A stretch of 59,294 nucleotides of DNA, filler included, from Globobulimina sp. (lineage: Eukaryota): the NCBI GenBank assembly GCA_003354225.1. It is 7 parts of 7 records of this genome, joined end to end, with 100 filler letters (N's around TTAATTAATTAA, not from the genome) between each part and the next. Parts side by side here need not be neighbours in the genome. Positions count along the whole stretch, not along the records: positions 34,031 to 42,404 come from PIVH01000087.1; positions 42,505 to 50,851 come from PIVH01000088.1; 5 more parts are not named here. One strand, written 5' to 3'. The notes below the pieces were generated by a model, which saw only the letters and a program-made list of their open reading frames with translations, was not told the DNA's origin and did not search any database. Below are positions 37,001 through 49,215 of this stretch, in pieces (positions within the stretch are counted from its first letter, which is position 1; every line of letters starts with the position of its first letter). The position numbers and the translations under genes were made by a program.

Positions 37001-38916
37001 ATAATTTTTTCATGTTTGAGCTCTTCGCCACGTGAAATTGCTCCAATTTCTTCAATGATTCCACCCAAATTATCCGTGGTTGGTTCTGTGACATCGCTGT
37101 CGTATTTCCATATTCCTTTTGCATTTAAATAATTGTTTAATTCTGTTTGATTTATTAAGTTTTTATTTATCTCACCGTTGATATCCATACATTCAATTAA
37201 ACCGTTTTTAATACGAATTATCTCGGAATGGCATTGTTTCTCTTTTAATAAGATTTGGTTTAATTCCTTATCCAATTCTTCATGCTTTGCATTTATATCT
37301 ATATTGGATAAAATGTGCAGATTATTATTGTTGTTATTATTGTTTAATAATTGTATCCATTCTGACCACAATTGAGTTGGTACATTTTCTTCCTGCGATA
37401 ATTGCCGATATAACACCGATTTGTACGTAATACCAACCATTTTCTCAACCAATTGTTTGCAATAATTTATATTCTGAACATGTCCATATTGCGTTTCTTT
37501 CAATTTCAATGCGTTTAATTTCCTATTTTCAATACTTACTTTTGGCTTAAATTCAATTTTTTTGATTTCAAAATGCTTTCTGTCCCGCTTTAATTTTATT
37601 TGTTCGTCTTTTGCTTTCCGTTCATGTTCTTTTTCAGCAAATAACTTTGCATTTTGTTTAAATATTTGTTTGTGTAATTTTATAGATTTTATTTTATTTT
37701 CAAATTGGTTATTTTTGTCATTTATAATTGCCTTTATTTCGGTTTTACGATCAAGTTTTTCTTTTTCTTTATTTGTTTCAATCTCATCTGAAATTAATTG
37801 CTTTCTCCTTTGTTCTCGGTCTATGCATTCTTGTTTTTGTTTGTTTACATTTACTTTGATTTGTTTTAGATATTTTTCTGTTTCTTTCATCGATATGGTT
37901 TTATTTGGCAATTTGTTTCGTAATTTCTCCAAATGAGTTACTGCATTTTCATCGCTTTCATCTTCTTCCTTTGTTTCTGTTTTTTCTTCATTGTTTCTCT
38001 GCAATTCCGAAGCTTTAATTTCTTGATTTTCGTTTTTCTGTATTTTTTGCGTTTTACTCAAAATCATTTCAAATTCATCCAAACTTTGACAAATTTGATT
38101 CGACGCATTTTGTCTATCAACATTTTCCTTTTGTACTTGTTTCAAACTTTGTGTTTGCAGAAAATGTTTTTTTTCACAAATTCTCTGTTTTTTGGTTTTC
38201 TGGTTTTTAATCCATTTCTGTTTACTAAATTTATCGATTTCCTCTCTTTTCAAATGATTTTCTTTCAATGTATGCACTAAAACATCGTGTCGCTGTGCCA
38301 CGCGTTCATTTTTTAATTGTTTCTCAAATTCTTGCTCAGATTTCGCAGTTTTTTCAATTTCACTTCTGTGATCTCGATATTTTTGCCATTTTAATTCCGA
38401 TCGTTTGTGGAATTTATCAGTGGCCAATTTTCGAATTTTTAATTCAACGTCGCGTTTCAACATATCTTCATACGCATATTTCCGAATTCTTGTTGGCGAT
38501 GATATTCTTGGCGGTGCTTTGAAACTCGATGTCCCTTCATTTAATCCTGAAATTCCAACTGCAATATTTGTGTCTCTCTCTTTCGACTGCGACTCAATGA
38601 AACATTTCAAATCATAAATAAATCGATGTATTGCGCCGGATACATTACTTGCTATATCTTGCAATAATTTTGGTTTCATATTTACGCCGCCTTCGCATAA
38701 ATACAATGCTGTTAATTTGTAATTTGTGGTTATTGCCTCGATTGAGACATCATTTACAAATTGTGTTGAGAATAATTCTTCAGTTAAACCACCTATTTCC
38801 AAATTACATAATAACTTACCGATTAAATATCCATTGCTGAAGATGTCTTCTAATTTTTCATCGCGGTTATATTCAATATTAACTGAAGCCAGCCAATCAC
38901 GGATGATGGAGGTCAT
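34076..38916 (-). CDS. SPEF2: Sperm flagellar protein 2 / CPC1-like central-pair protein, multi-exon
   Basis: N-terminal CH-like domain (FSNGYLIGKLL), coiled coil, and adenylate-kinase-like domain (GKPYVGKTT, GWILDGFP..QAELLE, GRVYHITANPPP). Downstream ORFs 34474..36213 and 34076..34420 are in the same orientation. Confidence 0.8.
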
Positions 38917-39133
38917 TGGATAAACTGTGACGGATACACAGCATACACTGTGTTTTTTAGCCAAAAACCTTTACTAAGATCGGATTACACAAAACAAGTA
39001 CAGGTTTAGAAACACTTTTGTATACGAAATATCCAATTGCAATATGATAGAGATATCTGGCATTTTAATCCAACTATAAATAACATGATATCAAAAACTT
39101 ACTTGTAACGCATCCAACTATAAATACCATCAA

Positions 39134-40772
39134 ATGCAACACCTTATCAACGACGCAACTGTCTCAAACCATTTATCAATGAATTTCATCGCGGTGTTGT
39201 ATGGCATTAATAATAATAATAATAACTTATTCGACATTCATCGTAAACTCGCCACTGCCTCATACCGCATATTACAGCCACTGCCATTACTATTTGCCAA
39301 TAACTTCTTAGGTTACTTGTTATTGACTCCCTGCGCCGGCTTAGTCGGCGCCTCCTTGGGACTGTCGCCGATGATGAGTGCCTATATCAGCGACGTATTG
39401 CCGCCCAACCAACGGACCTTTGGCTTTGCAGTGTCGTATGGCTCCGCCGGTGTCGCTCTGTTAAGCTCGGCCATCATCTCCTTAATGGTCTCTTTGTATA
39501 TGTCCGATTACATCAACTTTGTGCTAATACTGATTCTCTACGCTGTGCAGACAATATATGTCTGGCTATACATTGACGAATCTCTGGACGACAAATATCG
39601 CAAAAATATGAGCAAAAAGAAACTGTTCAATCCATTGCGCCCTTTGCTGCAGGTAACATTTATTGCATTTTGCTGCAATGTTGGCAATTATTTTGTTTTT
39701 ATATATTTGTCTGTCACAGATTAGAAACAACAGAATTGTGTTTTGGATCTCCGTGGTTCAGTTTCTTATCACTTTCATGGAAGTGGGCATATTGAACATT
39801 TGCATGGTTTACATTTTGACGGAGCTGGGCATCACCAACAATGACAGCAACTTCCTGCTGATGTTCACCTTCATCATCAGTGTCAGCTTCGGCTTATTTG
39901 GAGCAACGGCGGGCGTCATCCCAGCGTCGAGGAAATATTCATTGGATTGCTGTTGGAGTGCTAAATACAGGCCGATGACTATCAGAAACTGCCACGATCT
40001 GAGTCATAGAATGTCAGTCACTGAGCAGTCGCAGATGTCACTGAACAGCGTCACTTATTCCAATACGATAAATGCGCACAATCACAATAGCAACAATACG
40101 CATTTGCTGCAGACGCCTTTGGCTTTGAATGTGATCACCGACATCGACGAAGATAGCATGTGCATCGATGGCGCCATTCCGAGCTCTCCAATCACGCCAA
40201 GTGTGCCATATAGAAACGTCAACGCCAAGAAGCAGAAGAAAAAGAAAAAACTGCTGCCTTTTCATAGAAATCAGAATAGGAACAATATGAAATCAGAAAT
40301 GGCAAACTACAGAATGCCAATGCGAACATGGAAAGATTATAACAATTTGGTGATTGGCACTTTTTTATCATTTCTGAGTTTGTTGCTCATTGGCTGTGTG
40401 GCCTGGATCCACAGCACAATATACATTGCAATGTGCGGCATATGTGTTGGCTGCGCAGTTGGTATAACATTTCCTTCTGCGAATGGCGTGGCGACCAATT
40501 CATTGCGGAATGATGAACAGGGCAAAGGCTTTGGGATTATCTACGCGGTGAAAGGGATAACCTCTGCCATTGCTCCCTTTGTGTTTGGTATCTTCTATAC
40601 GTATTTGCAAAGGAAGAATGTCGGCCCAATCATCTTTTTAATGGGAATGCTGTTCACTGCGATCGCCTTTGGTATCATTTTGTTGCCATTGCGGTGGGTC
40701 CTGTGCGACCAGCAAGGATATAAAAGAAGGAATTGTTTGTTGCCCATCAATGGCTTCGCTGCCTATACATAG
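39134..40772 (+). CDS. MFS transporter (TetA/MFSD14-like), intron ~39653-39719
   Basis: Multiple TM helices; AYISDV.P..R..GF, YIDESL, NPLRPL, EQGKGFG motifs. The N-terminus looks short or uncertain. Confidence 0.75.
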
Positions 40773-40956
40773 AAAATTAGAAGTCAGTCCATCTCATCTC
40801 ATCTCTATAAAATGTGTATATCATATATTTAAAATTAAAGGTTGTCTTTAATTCGTTTTGCAATTTGCATTTTTGGATATTAAACAACTGAACTGCCAAA
40901 CTATTGTTTCTCAGTTTTGAATTGAGTGTTTTTTAAGCTTTTAATACTTTACTAGC

Positions 40957-41760
40957 ATGTCTCAAGCGCGCATATTCGGACAACGCTTATCTACAAAAGT
41001 AGCATGGATAACAGGCGGCGGCTCTGGCATTGGCAGAGAGACAGCAATGTTGTTTGCTCGCCATGGCGCAAAAGTTATGATTGTAGACATCAATGAAGAT
41101 GCATTGCGAGAAACGTGTTCCATGATTAAAGATAATGAGAATGAGTGTTATGTTGAATACATGAAATGCAATGTGTCATCATCTGAAGAGATAGAAAATT
41201 CATTGAATAGATGCACGCAAATATTTGATTATACGAATGTGTTATTTAACAATGCCGGAATAATGGACTCGAATGACGGTGGAATTGATACGGATGATAT
41301 AGTTTGGGATAAAACATTCAATATTAATGTGAAAGGAGTATATTATGGCTGTAAATATGGAGTACCACACCTTTTATCCTCTGGGCGGCCGTCCTCAGTC
41401 ATCAACACAGCGTCCTTTGTAGCAATGAGAGGGGCGGCAACACCGCAGATTGCTTACACGTCATCAAAAGGCGCGGTCTTATCAATGACCAAAGAGTTAG
41501 CAATGATTTATGCAAAACAAAATATCCGATTTAATAACTTATGTCCGGGACCATTGCGCACTGATTTGTTGATGGAATTTTTGGATTCGGCTGAAAAGAA
41601 ACATAAACGTTTAGTACATATTCCGATGGGTCGGTTTGGTGAAGCCGCGGAGATGGCGAATGCAGCTTTGTTTTTGGCGTCGGATGAATCGTCGTATATG
41701 ACTGGGCAGGAATTAATTGTTGATGGCGGACTGTGTGCTGCCTATGTTACACCGGAATAA
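40957..41760 (+). CDS. Classical short-chain dehydrogenase/reductase, intronless
   Basis: TGGGSGIG, NNAG, S..YTSSK, CPGP, TGQELIVDGG. Confidence 0.93.
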   Translation: MSQARIFGQRLSTKVAWITGGGSGIGRETAMLFARHGAKVMIVDINEDALRETCSMIKDNENECYVEYMKCNVSSSEEIENSLNRCTQIFDYTNVLFNNAGIMDSNDGGIDTDDIVWDKTFNINVKGVYYGCKYGVPHLLSSGRPSSVINTASFVAMRGAATPQIAYTSSKGAVLSMTKELAMIYAKQNIRFNNLCPGPLRTDLLMEFLDSAEKKHKRLVHIPMGRFGEAAEMANAALFLASDESSYMTGQELIVDGGLCAAYVTPE

Positions 41761-41981
41761 AAATACAAACAATGTTATTTATTCATTTATGGCAGTTCTT
41801 GCTTGCAAATGCTTTAATAACGAACAGCAAATATCATCCAAAACGATGAAAACAAAATAAATAAAAATATTTAATGATTTTCCTTTGTATATTTCCAAAT
41901 TGTGGGACGTAAAAAAATGATTTCAGTTTCAAATAATAATATTTACAAACAACAAAAAATTAAAACAAAGCAAACAAACAA

Positions 41982-42404
41982 TCACATACATTCAAAAACT
42001 AATAAATCTTGTTTATATCCATCAATATTACTTGTTTGTTGCATTGATATTTTTATTTTTGGATATTTAATATTTAATGATGATGCAATTGATGAATATA
42101 CATAAAATAACCAACTTCGTCTATCTACACATTCTTCTTCATCATAATCCTCATCACTGTCTTCTTCACTGTCTTTTTCTTTATAATCCTTCCAAATCCC
42201 ATATAATGAACACTTGATTTTATTTGTTTTTCTTGTTTCACTTAAAATATCCAATAAACCACATAATGAAAATTGATATGAATTCCATCCATTATAACTT
42301 GTACATTGAATAATAATATGATTCAAATTTGGAAATAAATTTATCAAACTACTCTTCAATAAATTCCTGCCACCAATAATCTCTTTATATGACACATTAT
42401 CTTC
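41982..42404 (-). CDS. C-terminal fragment of an unknown host protein (5'-partial)
   Basis: Open frame runs from the contig end to a stop at 41982; no recognisable domain. Confidence 0.45.
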   Translation of the reverse strand, partial: EDNVSYKEIIGGRNLLKSSLINLFPNLNHIIIQCTSYNGWNSYQFSLCGLLDILSETRKTNKIKCSLYGIWKDYKEKDSEEDSDEDYDEEECVDRRSWLFYVYSSIASSLNIKYPKIKISMQQTSNIDGYKQDLLVFECM

Positions 42405-42504
42405 NNNNNNNNNNNNNNNNNNNNNNNNNNNNNNNNNNNNNNNNNNNNTTAATTAATTAANNNNNNNNNNNNNNNNNNNNNNNNNNNNNNNNNNNNNNNN
42501 NNNN
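42405..42504. other. Artificial contig spacer
   Basis: N44-TTAATTAATTAA-N44. Confidence 0.98.
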
Positions 42505-42666
42505 TTACACACAGAAAATGATATGTAATCTCTTCACTGTCACAACTTTCAATGAGAGGAAGTATTATTTCGTACCAATACCATCTCCTTTTATATAAAA
42601 TTGATATTTTGTAATTCGACTTTTTATAAGCCGCTCTAAATAATTCCATTACTATTTCTTCATTTG
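42505..42666 (-). CDS. Start of an ORF running off the contig; candidate N-terminus of the element 2 RT
   Basis: Phase-1 acceptor ttgtacatag|CA at 42667 followed by ~54 stop-free codons to the contig end. Same position relative to gag as the RT in element 1. Confidence 0.45.
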
Positions 42667-43281
42667 CTATGTACAAATATATATATATTCAACTTTTTAA
42701 AAGATATATGTGTCCTGACCACACCACATATGCCCCACCATTTTTCTATGGATCTTACGCTAATCCAAACATACAACACTGTATTCTTGCAACCATCAGA
42801 TATAATTTTATCTCCTTACTTGCTAACGCACTCTTTATTTATTATAAAGACACTCAAATAATAGTTGAGGACATTCAAATAATGCATAACAAGGCAAACA
42901 AAACACAATTTTTATGTGCAACTCACAATATATATTTATTTCAATATAAACAGAGGAGTTTTAGTTTACTGCTAAAATAAAATTAAATTACACCATACCC
43001 CTTTCTTTTTAAAACCCCCTCAAAATTTATTCTCTCTTTTTCATTTTATTAAAAACTAAAATCATTTCCATACACAAATATATATAGAAATAATGGATCC
43101 TAATAACATTCCAATTATATATAATATGCCCACATATTTTATCATCACAATCCATGGACAAACATACAAATAATAAGAATAATAGATATAAAAATATTGT
43201 ATATATTTGAAATGAGAATAAAATTAATGACAGATCCGTCATCAACAAATAAAATTGGATCCAAAACATCGCAAATCTCCC

Positions 43282-46212
43282 TTAACGTCCGCGACCTGCA
43301 AATCTCTTCGATTGCGCATTGGGACAGTCATAGGAGGTATGTTCATTTGCAATGCCACATCTTTCACAATAATGCGGATAGCCGCATAATAAAAACTCAT
43401 CCTTGAATTTACAAACATAATTATAATCAACCCAAAAATAACAAGGTTTCTCTCCATAATATTTATCTTTAATAAAATAAGATCCATCATTCAAATTATA
43501 AAATCTCGCTCCTCTTTGATAGGGTTTATTTCCCTGACTCGAATCCCTCCGATTATTTGCATTCTGATTATAATTTCGACGACGTTGATAACTATTATCC
43601 TCATACGAGTCACGCGAATCTCTCCCATCCCTCGTATCTCTATCTCGTCTCTGCTTTTTTCTTGGCGAACCATATGGTGTTCCTCCATATTGCGATTGAT
43701 TCGGTGGTGTTTTATTATAACTCCGATCCCGACTTTCCCTCAATCTCTTTCTTAACCTTCTATTATTTCTCTCTAATTTATTATTATTTTTATTTACTAA
43801 CTTTGGGCAATTCCTTTTTAAATGTGGTCCACCACAATGATAACATTTTATTTTTCTATTATATTTTCCCTGTTTGTCATCCACTGCTTCTCCACCAACA
43901 TTCTTTCCAACTCTTTTCCCAACATCTTCCATCAATATGTCATTGTCACCATCTCCTACAAATAGTAATTTACATTCATTCGGCAAACATTCAATCGCAT
44001 ACAACTTACTTTCCTCTGAATTCATATGCAATTTCCATGAATGTGAGAATTCAGCGGATTTCCAACTTAATATACCTTCATCATTATAATCCCTCCATTT
44101 ATTAATATATAAAGCAATCGATACTTTTTGCCAGAATATACTCGGCGATATTGCCTTATTATTTATCATTGGAAATAATTGAGTTTTTGCAAATATTCTC
44201 ATTTCATTTATATTCCTAATAATCAAAGAATATAATTGGTTAAATCTAACTTGCTTCGCCGAATATGATAATAACATATCCAACGCCCTCAATGTGATGG
44301 TTGTCCATAATGTATGAAATGTTATTTTATTACTTATAAACTTTTTCAATGCTGATTTTATATTAACTCCATAATTCAAATGAATTTTCCAATGACTTGC
44401 CCACATAAACTTTATTATATAGAAAGGATCTCCGAAACCAAATACTAAGAAATGTATAAATTCCTTTAACGCCAATTTTAGCTCAGCTTGTTTCAATAAA
44501 TTGATACCATCATTCTTATTAATTTTATCATGTAACATTCCTCCTAAAATAAAACAATAATATCAATCCATAGCAAACAATCAAAATAAACAAATATACA
44601 GAATACAAATAACATATATAAAATTAATATAAACATTTTAGTATTATTCCTTTAATCATAATAAAAAGAAATGGACACATATGTGGTGCTGATAAACGCG
44701 TAAAATAATAAAGGTTTTAAACATATGAAATACATAAAATATCTCCGATACTAAAGATATATGCCCCAACAAACACAATACACGCACGTATTGGAAAAAT
44801 TATATTTTTTGATTGCCGGGCAGGGAACACAATAGTTTTGCATACAAAATTCAAGAAATTAAAGATATAATAAAGGGTACATGATACATACTTGTTGCAA
44901 TGTGTATCATCGCATTACGTGTATCTATCGGCGTCAGCTTGGGTTTTCTCAGAATCCCCCAAATATTATCAATGCTTTCCGCCATCAATTCATTCACCGC
45001 ACTCATGGATCCTTTGGGGGTAAAGATCTTCTTCAAATGGTCCAAATCATCACTCGTCGGATTATATTTATTATCTTCCTTCCCCAGACCATGACTATCC
45101 GCATATCTTTTGATATTCTCCATTGAATTCACTTTATATTCCGCGGATTTGCTTTTTTCAATCTGTTTTTCTAATTTATCAATGTAGGATTTTAACAATT
45201 CCGTATTGTCTCCGTCCATTAATTCATCCGCATCGAGAATATCATTGATTTCCTCTCTCGTTACCTCATCCATTTCATCATCGAAACGGACTTTTCCTTC
45301 ATCTCCATCTCGTTCTTTCATATCCTCATCACTCGATCCGTCAGAATCGTCAGATTCCGGTTTATCTTCCTTCTTTTTCCTAACTATATTCCTTATTTTT
45401 TTACCTAATTTTGATTTTTTCTTTTTATCTGGTTTTGGTTTTCCCGCTTTCGGCTTCTTCCCCTTTTTGGGTTTCTTAGCGGAATCAGCCTTTGGATTCG
45501 GAGGAGGGACTAAAGAGGCAAAGTGATTATTTACTCCACCTTGAAATGCCTGGAATGCACCCGATGCAATGCTCTTTAATTCAGCCAAATTAAATATATC
45601 TTCTATCTGCTTCGATTTTAAATTCGCTGCTTTCTTAAATATCTCCTTCGATAATAGACCTAAAGCCAACGCCTCCATAACCTTCGAGCAATTCCTTCTT
45701 AATTCCAACACAGTCTCCTCCTCTTCCTCCACCAATTCAAAAGCACCTAATCGATCATATTCTACATCCATAAATGTATTATTTTCCTTCATTAAAAACT
45801 TATTCAATTTCGCATGTAATGTATTCCATAAATCCTTCAATGTTAATAAAACATTAAAGTCCAATGTACTCATCACCTCTTTGAATAAAATCGTTAATAA
45901 AGAAGCAACTTTTTGCTTTTTATTCAATACATCGATCTCATTCTCACCTTCCTTTTTATTAAATCGTGGATATAATCTCCTAAATAATTCCACTTTGCAT
46001 TCAAATTCAATCGCCACCATCATCGTTACCTGCGCATTCTGTATAGATTGCGGATTTCTATCCTGTGGCTTATCAAAATCAATGCTCGAAGCATAGCCCG
46101 GAAATAATAAAAAGGTGGTATTCATCCATTCATCCAAATCTCTCAATTTTAATCCCTTCCGTAAAGCATACGCTTTTGCTTTTGATATACCTGTAATTAG
46201 ACCTAACGCCAT
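43282..46212 (-). CDS. gag-like protein of element 2, spliced: 46212..44892 + 44543..43282
   Basis: Donor ACAA|gtatgt at 44891 and acceptor ttttattttag|GA at 44544 join in frame. CYHCGGPHLKRNC knuckle, R/D/S-rich tract, terminal CYFW..C..C..PHYCERCG..HTSYDC finger. Confidence 0.78.
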
Positions 46213-46705
46213 ATTTCAATGTACTACGTAAGTAATCTCGATATTAATCTGACTGTATAAACAACGTATTAATATCTGGCACGTAATTGCCTGACTTTCA
46301 CGCGACTTTATTAGCCCTAAGATATATCACTAATCTCTCTTTCTAAATATTATGCAAGAAAAAAAGAAAGAAGCAATCCAACAACACAAAAACAAAAAAC
46401 ACTCTCAGTCAGTCACTTCAGTTTACTTCTAATTGAATGAAACTTTCGTCGCTTACACAACGTTCAGTTTTATTGACAATTATTCGATGTGGATAAATAA
46501 CAATTAACTTAAATTTAATTATTTATATTTCATAACACATATTAACCATATACAATAATCCCAAACCTATTCCAATCTCCATCTCGTTCATACTTAATAT
46601 ACATTATAATACATACAAATTAATATTAAATAAACTAAATACATCCACATCGAAATAATTACATTCAATACTTACTATCTAACTATATCCCCCCCACCAT
46701 TTAAC

Positions 46706-48036
46706 TTAATCTGTCAATTCATATTGACATAAACTTGTTTGATAACTATTAATATAATCCATAGAGAATTTTTCTTTATTATTATTAAACTCCGTAACCA
46801 AATCACATTCATTTGCATCCATATCTAACAAAATTCTATTATTATTTTTACCATAAATAAATATTTTTGCCAAACCAATCAAATCCCTCTGTGTATGTAT
46901 TAAATATCTATAAATCGCTGCTGTCAATTTCCATCTCCCAGCAAATGCAATTAAACTCATTGGCACACATTTTTGTTGAAGAGTTGTGGCAAAACCCTTC
47001 CTCAATCCATGAAATCTATATCTATCTGCTTCCCAAAAGCCCATTTCATAAATCACTTTCTTCCAATATTTTTTAATTGTCCTCAATTTAAAGCTTCTTT
47101 TAATTGGTTGAAACAAATAATATTTCCTCAAACTTTTCTTATGGATTTTCTTTAAATCTCTCTTTTGTGTATGATAAATATGATATAGAATTATCACCGG
47201 ATCAATCTTATTATTTGTCCTCCCAATTCTTAGCATAACATCTTTTCCCTTCGTCTTCCCCTTCGAGTTTCTCAGCCTAACTCGAACATGATGTAAATCA
47301 TCAAAAGCAAGGGAATATGCATTGTTTTGATAGATTCTCTCCTTATTGTCATCCAACCAATAAAAATCTAAATCAGATAAATAAATACCATAACCAACAT
47401 AGGCTTTATTATTATTCTCATAACATTCAGCTCCTCGTAATCCTAAAACACCGACAAATAATAAAGACATAGCAAACATATACCAAAACAGTCTGCTTTT
47501 GTCCCTCCATATTTTCTCAAATGACAACCAATTCAATTTTAATTTCTTTTCATTATCTGTCAATATCAAATTATTGTATACTTTAAACATTAATATATAT
47601 TTTATAATTTGAAACAAAACATCTGCTGTCACCGGTAAAGTATCTGATCCTTTTCCCGGGTTTGTTTTCTTCACATATTTAGCCAATGCATATAGTGCCG
47701 GGTTGTCGGACCATGACTGAAACTGCCCACATAATTGCGCCACAAAATCAATCGATCTATATTTTAATCTCATCGTTGGCCAACAATTCAACCTCTTCTG
47801 CACCATACAGCACTGAATCGTATATAATTGTAAAAATGCATCCGGAGTCGGAAAAGTCCAGACTTCCTCATCAGTTAAACCAAAATTCCTCATCGTCTTC
47901 CAATAATATAGGAAATTCTTCATATATGTCGTCTCCGATGATTCCTTAACTCCACCCCCTAAAGCCATAAATAATAATTCTTTATATATAGGATTAACTT
48001 TTGACCATATTGGGTGATCATATTGTCTCCCTCTAA
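46706..48036 (-). CDS. Tyrosine recombinase of element 2
   Basis: GLRGAE (R), RNSKG (K), FHGLRKG (H-x-x-R), AGRW, IYRYL (Y). Starts at acceptor atatatag|TT (48037) with no ATG at the N-terminus. Confidence 0.9.
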
Positions 48037-49215
48037 CTATATATAATACATATAACAAAATATAAACACAGAAAAAAGTGGTTTTTCACACTTTTAACTA
48101 AAAATAAAACTGGTGCCCCCTGCCAAAATCAAAAACCATGACACCTACAGACACTGAACAATATATTCTTAAATAATATGCCATATTGCCTCTATAGTCA
48201 CTCGCTACACAATACATCGTCACTCCATTTATACAAAAACAGAAACGCTATCATTATATCCATCGTCATATATGGCAATATCGCTAAATTATTATACTAT
48301 TCATTGAAAATATTAACATAACACATATATATGCATTTTATCAATATATAACAAGACAGACGTTTCCTTGAGATATCTCATGTCGAAATGACTTGTTTCT
48401 GAGTACCCGGTCATACATTCATGATATCTGCGGGAAAGGAGTTGAAACCACGCAAATATTCACCAATTACATAATAAAACATTGCCACAATTATCTATTT
48501 GTATACATATCCATGGACAAACAATCTCTTTTTTGAGGGTAATAAATCCACCCAAATCCTCTGAAAAACATAAAAATGATGCAATCGAATCAAATAATCA
48601 CCAAATATACTCTGAAAAATTTAAAACAAATCCTTTTCAACAACGACATTCCTCTCAACTTAACATATTGCCAACAAATCACATTCTAATTTTATGTTGA
48701 AAACACCAATGATTTGCCATATATTTAATCAAATATTCACATTCTAACCCATTATGCATCGAATCTAACTTCAAACGTATATTACAACAGAAATTACACT
48801 CAAATCTGATGAGTAATCAAATGACAAAATATTAAAAATATATTTTAATTGTAAGAAAAATCTGTAAATTTAATCAAAATTGATGATATTATTCAAATTC
48901 TATTCATTAACAATAACAATAACAAATTAATACACAAATTATATGGAATTGTATACAAAATACCAGTCATTACTAAGTCAATCCGTTATTGCTGATAAAC
49001 GCAAACAACGTCGAATCAATACTCAGTCACAATAAATACATTATAATTCACCTTAATATCAGTCATCAAATACAAAAATATCCATTATTAACATATTAGA
49101 ATATGCAAAAGACAGCAAAACCAAATAATACATTACAAAATGATATAATTACACAAAATAAATGGATATTAACGTGAAATAAATGGATTCGAATCTACAA
49201 AGCTACGAAACCGAA

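Noticed and set aside
40957-41760. Intronless SDR as a recent bacterial transfer
   Set aside because: Composition matches its neighbours and this SDR type is also found in eukaryotes; the claim is unsupported without a phylogeny.
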